Notes under the pieces: generated by a model
What the model was told of the DNA's origin: nothing
Seen by the model: the letters and a program-made list of their open reading frames with translations, nothing else
Databases searched by the model: none
Part shown: piece by piece, positions 24,483 through 33,182 of the stretch
Layout: the number at the start of each line of letters is the position of its first letter
How positions within the stretch are numbered: position 1 is the stretch's first letter
Position numbers and translations under genes: made by a program
Assembly (NCBI GenBank): GCA_051942245.1
Contig: JAVECL010000245.1
Span: forward strand, 1-33,182
Direction of reading: 5' to 3'
Source: Trypethelium eluteriae
Lineage: Eukaryota
Length of the DNA stretch: 33,182 nt

Positions 24483-26107
24483 CTAGTAAGGCCCATACTC
24501 TGCTGGATCCGGTAGCGGGAAGACGGCCGGACTCTTTTTCCCGTTCTTACCCACCGCTCTAAGCCCGAAGACGACGTTATCCTTTGAAAGATTTACTGTG
24601 ACCTGGTCCACCATGCCCACATAATAGCTGTGAGTCCACTATTTCCGAAATGTCAGTGTCCCTTTGAATCAATTGGAATTTTCATGGTGGTTTCCCATAC
24701 CTGCTGCTGGCTCGAAGGACGCCACACAAGCTCATAGCCCTGCAAGAGCGAGCTATTTTGGATTTGCCAGTAGAATTGTGTCTCGTTGAGAAGATCCTCA
24801 ACAGGCGTATCTGTGTCGGCAGCTGGCTCTCCAACGATGACGTCGAAGGTCACGTTGATAGGCAGAGCGGGCGCGTTTGCAATACTCCACATGGCTGCCA
24901 GGTTCACACGTCCTACGCGAGCTGTATAGTCGTAGTCCACAAACTGAATATCATCTCCATATAGGGTTCCATCTTGGACTCTTGGGTCTTGATGCTGATG
25001 TCGAAAATCTTCATTGGGTTCTGTAAAACGCACAGCGCTGACGCCAGCCGACAAGAAGGACTCATGGTCTCCGCCACGGAAGAAACGATCTGCCCGGTAG
25101 ACTAAGGCAACCTGCATGTCCGTGGAGGCAACGGCACCTTCGTTAACTTCCTGAACGAAGCGACCTAAATTTCGCGCAGGCGTGTCGTTCTCTCCTCCAA
25201 TGGAGATCATCACATCAGCGATGGACGTGTTAGTTAAGTAATTGGTACCAGCGCCAAAGAGCCGAATAGTGTGTTCGTTGACAGGGTCGTAGGGCTCGTT
25301 GCTACCAGTCCCGACGATGTCATTGTTCAAGTTCGCCTCTACATCTACTGAAGCATTCTTAAGAGATTGTGCCTGAATGGGTTAGGTAAACAGGTTCTTA
25401 ACAGCCATCCAACCCCGACTCACCAGGAAATTCGACCCATACAGGTTCTGCTCCTCCCCGGCCACCGCCGCAAATATCATCGTAGCATATGGCTGCTTCG
25501 TCGCGCAGATACGAGCCATTTCCAACACTACGGCCACACCGCTCGCATTATCATCCGAGCCTGGGGCGTCTCCGGTATAATTCATGACATCAAGCCTTCG
25601 ACTGTCGTAATGACCGGTAACCACATATGCTCGATTTGGCTCTCCATAGCCTTTAATAGTAGCTACGATGTTTGTAATGTTGACGGGAAACGGGATTCTG
25701 TCTGCCACTGGCTGGATATACGAAGGCGTCGTGACAACCATGGAACCATTTGAAGGCGCCGCCAGCGCTCGCATCTCCTTTGCTATCCAATCTCGTGCAG
25801 CTCCAATACCGCGCGTTGGGTCCGTCTGCGTGGAAAGCGTGTGACGTGTACCAAAATTGGTGAGCGTCTCAATGATGTTCTGGATGCGAGATGTATTGAA
25901 TTGTGAGAGCAGATCAGTCAACTCCGAATCCGCGGCTTGAGGTACGAGTGGCACTCCTACGTTTGACGGCGGCCATGCTCCAGCATTCCAGAGAGGCGAC
26001 CCATCAATTCCAAAAGTTGGCTGAGGAAGTGACCATGATGCATTGCTGTCACCAAGAGCGATTGAAGTAATGCAGGAAAAGCAGGAAACCCAGAAAAGAC
26101 GAGACAT
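24483..26107 (-). CDS. Secreted M28-family zinc metallopeptidase, ~503 aa
   Basis: Exons 26107-25424, 25372-24701 and 24638-24483. Signal-peptide-like N-terminus. M28 metal-ligand motifs [35 protein letters not shown] and HQHQD. Confidence 0.93.
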
Positions 26108-27384
26108 TTTGACTACTTGCTACAAGCTCGTAGAAGCTCCTCAGTCACCAAATTGGAACACGAGCAAATCCTGAAATTTATACAAATCTTTGAAATGCAA
26201 TACCGTTCAAATAGACTACGCGGCTATCGGAAATCTCCAGTGTATTTGCCTTGAAGAGGAAGGCTGTCAAGCGTCGACTTGCCTTATCGAGATTGGAGAA
26301 TCTGGGGCTCGACCTGCAAACCAATGGCCAGTAACCCCGCTTGTTCCATGGCAGCTGGTGGCAGCCGCCAACTGATGCTGTCATATCTGAACAGGGGTTG
26401 AGTATCCCCAGGAACAGGGTGTTGGTTACTTTAAGGGTGAAACGCGACTAACCGCGAGCATCTCATTTACGTCTCTTTACGGTGGGAATTCTTCGGAGTC
26501 CATCAACATCAATGGTAGCCTCATAGATCATTTGGTATGCTATAAAAGCTGAAGGTCCGATTATTTGCGAGTCAACAATGTCACAATGGTTTCTACGTAA
26601 TTTCAGATGAGGTGCGGAAGCTAGTCGGATTGGGCAGGTCATTGAGAGCTTTCCGTGTCGTGTCAAACAGTCAAAGTGCGCGTCGGTCGGCACATCAGTA
26701 CTCTAATGTCCCCTTTCTCTCTGGCTGGCTTGATAGATCACTTCAACATCTTTCAACTCTCTGGCAAATTTTCTCTATTGGTGGATTTTTCCGCCATTGG
26801 ACAATAGCGGCAAGCAAAGAGGCTTTATCCGTCAGAGTATGAAGTAGAGATAAATGGTCCTAAAAGGAATCTAGATGGAAGGAACAGCGAATTGATCATA
26901 ACAAGTGACGCGAATGAAATATTATTATGCTGCATTTAGCCTGCATCCAAGTCTGCAAGGTCTCAACCGCAGCGTTGAAATAGGGCATCGCCGGTCAGCT
27001 TACTCCTAATTTTTCTTGGTTCCGTTGCTTTTGAGGTTCAGCTAAACCCGATACATTACTATATCGATGCAAGGTCCGGGTTTGTCATTGATCCAGTGAA
27101 CATAGCCGGAGTATGGATCATCACGAGACAGTTGTTTGTTAGTACATAATTCCTTACTAATACGAGGTCAGAGGAAGGAAATGTTGGCTCTCGTCAACGC
27201 CTTTGGGTAATAGCTGAAAAGATGTGGTTGTGTGTAGAGCCACAATATTTCTTGGGATAAAGTATCATTAGAATTTTTTGGCTTGCGGCCTCTCATCCCT
27301 TGCGGTGAGTTGAGTGAGCCACCGACTAACTACAAGGAGACTTACTGTTGCTCCTAAAAAGATGATGGCCATGATCGGCCTCCA

Positions 27385-27921
27385 TCAAATCATCAAAGCT
27401 CTCATAAGGCCCACTGCGCACGGCATGGCATTGTTCCTTCTTCTTATCATCCGTCTAGCCATTGCTCGACCCCGGAACACCAGATGCCCCAATGTGATTG
27501 CACTGACAACACAAAGTAAGACCCAAGTCGCCACATGGATGATGGCTCGAATCAGGAGAGTGAGCGGACGCGGTAATGGCGAGTATTCTAGAAGTAGGAT
27601 CATTAAACCGCTGAATTGCATAATCGATGCGCCGAACGCTTCTTCATCCTCAAGCCCGCTCCGCATGAAGGCAAAGTAGCTTGATAGCGGGAGAGTCAAG
27701 CATGCCAGGAAGGTTATCTGTTTTAGTACAATCACAGCCTTGAAAATTGTGGCGCTCACAAATGCCTCAAATATACGGTACTCCATATATATTGAATGTT
27801 CTGCTTCGTTATGGATTTGTCGTAGGCCGTGAGCGGACTGAGGGAAGGAGGTCCGGGGACTGACGATTCCCTCCATATATCTTATTCTAACGCCTGTGAC
27901 GGAAGGTGGCAATGCGATCAT
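27385..27921 (-). CDS. Possible small membrane protein (orphan)
   Basis: 178-codon ORF with 2-3 hydrophobic stretches followed by a basic patch. It contains a plausible in-frame 42-nt intron (GTGAGC...CTAAAACAG). The start is uncertain. Confidence 0.3.
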   Translation of the reverse strand: MIALPPSVTGVRIRYMEGIVSPRTSFPQSAHGLRQIHNEAEHSIYMEYRIFEAFVSATIFKAVIVLKQITFLACLTLPLSSYFAFMRSGLEDEEAFGASIMQFSGLMILLLEYSPLPRPLTLLIRAIIHVATWVLLCVVSAITLGHLVFRGRAMARRMIRRRNNAMPCAVGLMRALMI

Positions 27922-28995
27922 GTCTTTTCATCTGTGCATTGACCTGCCGGCGATCACAAAGCGCAGCTGTGACTCCCCAAGACCTGAAAAGTAGTGTTGC
28001 CAGAGACTCACCCCTAACACAGTTGTGCGGGCAGAACTGGATGGGAGATGGGTCACGGCTTTGAAACGACAACGAAGGGAAGTTAGGTGGTAGAGTATTT
28101 GCCGGAGAAAAATGCAAGGAATGATGACAGACACGTTTGCGGCACGACGAAGAGGCCGTGATGATAGCGTGGCGATTATCATTACTATGAGCTAGTCATA
28201 ACTTGTCTCCAAAACGACTGGCATTGATGTGGTCAAACATTCGTCTTCTATAATGATGCCTGTGGAGGAAGTCGTGCGTTGCTAGGCTTCATAAATCCGC
28301 GATTCCGGGCTGCCAACTCCATGATCGGTTGTCATAAGCGTCCCATCTCACATAGGATTTCCCTTCCACTGTATTTGATAACTCATGTGAGGCTTCATTG
28401 CTTTCTTGGATAAGACGCGGCAGATAATTGGTGAAAGTCGTTTTGTAACTGTTGACATTGCCCCTAGTTGACCTCGCTCGATGGAAAGAAATCAGGTGAA
28501 AATTGGTCCAGTATTGCCTCAGCCCTCGATATATGGCACATGCCAATGGGTACTAAATTGGGTTCGAAACTTCAAAGCGCCAGCAGTTTATTCGTCGTCG
28601 CAGAGAATCGGAAGTGAAGGCCTTCATCGAATGCTTATCGAGTGAGCAGGAGTACTACGATCACGGGCGCCAGAGAATCCAGACCAGTCGAGTACCAGCG
28701 ATCTGACAAGATTCCATGCAAGTAGCAAAGTAAGTCGGTGTAGCAGATACCATGAAACAAAGAATCCAGGCCAGGACATTGGTCGCGTGTGTCACATTGA
28801 ATCGTCACCGGACTAAATGGACTACAAGGAAACAAAATGAACAGTCTGTTGGTCCAAAGTCATTGTAGAGATCGTACGGCGTCATTAAAATAGTACATCT
28901 AGGAACAGCGATACGGATTAGGAAGAATTCATGGAGAGCCGAAGAGTAATGAGACTGGGAGAAGAATATCTGAACGTCCCGGGGACGCTGAAAGT

Positions 28996-29367
28996 CTACC
29001 ATTCGGAATCCAAATCTGTTTGGGTCATGGGTTCTTTATCTGGCCGTTGGCATATTCCCAGGGTGTACAAGAAGTCGCGGCTGTGAAGACCGTCGGGTAC
29101 CTTGAGCCTTTTGCACTGCTTGCAAGAATTGCGTGGACTGAGGGGCGGCCAACCGCTGCGATCAGTAGGAACATCCTTGGCCCATGTAGCAATGCATGAT
29201 TCATGAATGGAGGACGACACACTTCGGTTTGAGAAGAGACTGAAAGATCGGGATTTCTTCTTGTTGCGCTTTTTGAGTGGCCGAAGATCCGTACTGTCGC
29301 AGGAACTGCAGCTTGGACGGCGACGAGCTGGGCGAAATTTGTTGACAACTTTGGTGAGAGACAACAT
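28996..29367 (-). CDS. Small basic Cys-rich hypothetical protein, ~123 aa
   Basis: The ATG at 29367 follows a strongly CT-rich leader (~29400-29560). The protein has CSSC and CKQC pairs and the NLS-like KKRNKKK. Confidence 0.45.
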   Translation of the reverse strand: MLSLTKVVNKFRPARRRPSCSSCDSTDLRPLKKRNKKKSRSFSLFSNRSVSSSIHESCIATWAKDVPTDRSGWPPLSPRNSCKQCKRLKVPDGLHSRDFLYTLGICQRPDKEPMTQTDLDSEW

Positions 29368-29999
29368 TATGAACAAATCGAGGTTTTGTGATGAGCTAAG
29401 CGAGATAACCAGAAAAGAAGACTTGGGAATCGGGGGAGTTGAAAAGTAATTAGATAGCAGTATAGAGATTAGGGACTGAAGTGACAAGCTGATGTGTTGG
29501 GAGAAGTGGAGGGTGTAGCGTGGTAGAGGGAGGTGAGCAAGGGAGACCAGCGGAGGCGAAAATGTCAGAAGTAAGGCTGTGCATTTGTACTTGCGAGGTA
29601 GGGAAATCAGGGCAAGTACGTCGTTCTTTCCAGATACGAATGCCTCACGTAAAGCTGGACAAATCCTCGGAAATTGACTGGCTCACCGGCCTCGAGCGAT
29701 CTTGCCTCCAATGGAACCATGAAACAAAACGCGTCAAGGACGCTATATTTAGAGCTGGCCAAATCTGGTAGTTCAATAGAGAAGTACCATAAAGGTGAAC
29801 GATTTTTATGACCCGCAATGAAGATTATGTCGATTGACGAGGAACAGATCCCATTCGGCAACTCACGTGCATTCAATAAATGCGCTTTGGAAAATGCTAT
29901 CATGTGTACAACGAAAGGGCCCGCTCTGGCAGTAAGAGCATGGCGGTTTGGCAAGAATTTGACTTTCGTAGAGTTGAGAGCTTACCAAGCTATCGTACA

Positions 30000-30722
30000 C
30001 TATCGCCGTTGAGCGACATCGGGTGTCCAGCTCTGAGGTTGCCAGCTATCGCCACCCCCGGCTTTGGTCCATGGACTTTTCACTTCTTGCTGTCGGTCTC
30101 TCCTCCTGGCTGGCTTCTTGCCTGATTGACTGTCATGGTCTGAGTTTGTGTTGGGTTCAACTTCTCCACCCAATTCTTCCTGACCAGCTGCCATACTTCT
30201 GACACCTTCCATATTTTCTCCGTTTGCTTCAACCACACCTCCCTCTATCTTGTTGCCATAACCACCTTGATCTTTCGGCTCCATCGCCGGCCGAGGCTGT
30301 TGCAACTGGGGGGAGTCCCGATAGCTGGGAATACTAGCCCAACGCTCATCAGCTGCTGCAGCAAGCTGCTTCATTCGAGCTTGTCGCATCAGATCTTGCT
30401 GTTGCTCGAGGTGTGACGGCGCGTCCGCCCGCGTTTGTCGCAGCCATTGAATCCATTGTGGAGAGATCTGGACGTCTGCATAGTGCGTTTTCCGATTATA
30501 GCGAACGATGCGGCGGAAACGATTTGAATTGAGAGCATCCTTAAACTCCCAGAACGTGTTTCCGTGAAGGTCGGAGCCTGGGGGAGACGATTAGGTGCGC
30601 GATTTGATGGCAAATACCCAGGCTTACGTACCACACAACCATTTTCTCCGCCATGGAAGTTTAAGACTGGCCCATTTGCACCAGAGTCTCTGTACTAAGC
30701 CAGGGCCTGAAGACATGGGCAT
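30000..30722 (-). CDS. NDUFA12-family complex I assembly factor (NDUFAF2/mimitin-like), ~222 aa
   Basis: Exons 30722-30632 and 30577-30000 total 669 nt. Motifs LPWRRKWLCG|SDLHGNTFWEF, RFRRIVRY, ISPQWIQWLRQTRADAPS and C-terminal WQPQSWTP. Confidence 0.88.
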
Positions 30723-31119
30723 GCCGAGATCAAGTGGTGGCCGTTAGCGAGTAATCCATGGCGAATTGATGATGTTGTAGAAAAAGAATGCGCCACTCGG
30801 AAATGACGACGACGCGGGTGGCTGGGCTGGTGAGAAACATTTCCGCCTCGTCCCTGCCCCCACCATCAGAGGCATGCTTCTTTCTGGACTTGGTGCGGCA
30901 TCTTCCTACCAATACCGTCACTTCTCTTAATCACTACGCCAACTTGTAAGTCATAGAACACAATTACAATACATCACGAAATCCGGCGTCCGTTGCGACA
31001 ACATTGTCAGGCCGTGCCTGTTACGAGAAGTCTGATTCCTGATCACTTTGCGCCGTTGACGCGCCTGTATGAATCGCCAATTGCCTCGAAATCTGCACTT
31101 GCGGCCTATCTAGTCCAAC

Positions 31120-33182
31120 ATGGCTTCCGTTTCGTCCCTTGACCAGGACATGAAAAAGTTGCGACTTGGACGGTACACGCCCCAGGCAGCAAACGCAGGC
31201 AGAGCTTGGATTGAGTCTACCTTGGGCGAGAAATTGCCTCCTGGAGACTTACTAGAAACATTGAAAGATGGGGTAGTTCTCTGCAGGTCAGTCATATTCC
31301 CTCGTGCCTTTTCCTGTACAACATAGCTCACAAGTCAATGCTTCTAGATTGGCCAATCTTGCCGTGCCAAGTCCAGGCATCAGATTCAAAAAGTCGCCTA
31401 TGCCTTTTATGCAGATGGAGAATATCTCACATTTTCTGAAAGCTTGCGAACTTCCGCCTCTGAACCTTCCTTCTCATGACCGCTTCCTGACTGTTGACCT
31501 CTACGAATCGAAAGATCCCGCTCAAGTCCTCCAGTGCTTGGGCGCCTTCAGTCGTGCAGCAAGTAGAATCAATCCCTCGCAGTTTCCCACCACATTGGAC
31601 GGGAGGAGTAGTGGCACTATTAGTCCAGAGAAGACCGGCCCAACTAATGACGCATACAGTGGCAATGATTTGAATAGAAGCCGAGGACACAGTACGAGTC
31701 AAACTTTTGGAACGTCCAATTCTGCCACTGTGCCAGCAAGGGGCCGAACACTGAGTCCAGCGCTTACAGGAGATTCTAATTCATCCAAGACTACTGACGG
31801 TGGTACGAGGTCTCCCACTGGTCCGGTCAGCAGCTGGAGTCGAAAGGGGGATCAGGGCTTGACAACGCCTGCGTGGAATATTCATCAATACGGATACATG
31901 GGCGGCGCCAGTCAGGGCAACCAAGGCATTGCATTTGGAGCGCGACGACAAATCACCACCGCTGCTCCACATGTACCTAGCATGGCCGAAAAGGAACGAA
32001 AACGCAAGGAGAAGGAAGCTGAAGAAGAAAAGCTACGATTACAGGCAGAAGAGGCCGAGCAAAAACGACGTGTCGAGAGAGAGGCTAAGGAGGAACAGGC
32101 AAGGATAGAAGAGGAGCGTCGCTGGGAAGAAGAAACTCGACGACTACGTGAGCAAGAGCAGTGGCGGGTAGAGGAGCAAAAGCGCCAATGGGAAGAGCAA
32201 GAGAAAAGGTGGAAAGAGGAGGAAGAGCAAAGGCAGAGAGAAGAGAGAGCGGTGCAGGAGCACATTGATAAAGAAGCTCAAAGAAAACGAGCAGGTAGCG
32301 ACGCTAGACTCAAAGGACAGTTCTTAAGTCAGTACCAGAAAGAACAGTCGAATCAAAGCATTGGATCTGCTGAAAGCGAACGGGTTCGAGAACTCGAACG
32401 TCAGCTTGCAGAAGCAAAAGAGCGGGAGCGACAGTATCAGCTCGAGCGCGAAGAGCGCCTTCAGGGAGATCAAGATAGATCCCGGACGCGAGCGCGATCA
32501 AAGTCAAGGACGCGAGCAAAATCAAGGGGAACATCACGATCTCGTAGTAGGGGTCCACCACCAAGATTAGTACGCGACGACGACCCCGATGCTAGCGATC
32601 ACTCTTGGGCTGGAGACGAACGCGAGTTTCTTCGCCAGCAATGGAAAGACCAGCAACCTTCCTCACGACCCTTACCCGATCCTCAAGCCACACCAAAGCC
32701 ACTTTCTCTACCCTCTCGTCCTCTTCCGGAGCCCTCTTTGGCCGCCACCAAATCACAAGATACTATAGCCAGCAAGCCAGCTACCACGCGCCCTCTGCCT
32801 GACCCTTCCTCCTACGCTTCGCCCTCCAGCTCCGCCAAGAATTCTACCTCTTCACCTCCATCTGCTACCACCACCTCTCGCTCGGCCTTCGCCCCGAACC
32901 GCATGCGGTCGCCGTTCGCGCGTCCTTCGCCTTCTCCCACCTCCACCACCTCACCCCCCTCCAATTCCAATTCCAATTCCAATTCCAATTCCTCTTCCTC
33001 CGCTCGCCCAGGTGCACCCCCCACTCTCCTTGAGCGCGAGAAAGAACTCGAACGCCAACGCCAGCGTGAATGGGAGGAGAACCAGAAGGAGACTGCAGCG
33101 CGGCCGCGGGATCGTGGCGAGGGCATGGGGGAGGGCCAGACCTGGGATGTGAATCAGTATGGATGGTTGGGCGGGGATAGCC
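31120..33182 (+). CDS. Calponin-homology (Scp1/transgelin-like) actin-binding protein with long charged coiled coil, 3' end beyond the window
   Basis: Exon 31120-31286, intron 31287-31347, then open to the right edge. CH domain DLLETLKDGVVLCRLAN...MPFMQMENISHFL...FLTVDLYESKDPAQVLQCL, calponin-repeat-like QYGYMGGASQGNQG, and an E/R/K-rich helix. Confidence 0.92.
32960..32992 (+). repeat. (TCCAAT)5 coding hexanucleotide repeat (Ser-Asn)n
   Basis: tccaattccaattccaattccaattccaattcc inside the calponin-homology gene. Confidence 0.9.

Overview
This is eukaryotic DNA from a filamentous ascomycete (Pezizomycotina-type short GT-AG introns with CTAAC/CTGAC branch points), so the ORF track splits or misses most genes. 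I rebuilt the spliced models by hand. Left to right: the 5' end of glutamate-cysteine ligase (-, partial), an NsdD/SUB-1 GATA transcription factor (-) with a ~6.4 kb gene-free upstream region, two unassigned genes (+), a DUF1771-Smr protein ending in CaaX (-), glutathione-dependent formaldehyde dehydrogenase (-), gamma-tubulin (-), a Pgc1-like glycerophosphodiester phosphodiesterase (-), a secreted M28 peptidase (-), two tentative small orphan genes (-), an NDUFA12/NDUFAF2-family protein (-) and a calponin-homology protein (+, partial). It reads as core euchromatin: I found no transposon, rRNA, tRNA, CRISPR array or biosynthetic cluster, and no clearly new multi-gene system. The best leads are the GATCT and CGAT motif clusters upstream of nsdD, a Cys-containing uORF ahead of GSH1, and a putatively lipidated Smr nuclease. 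Family assignments come from motif recognition, not database searches.
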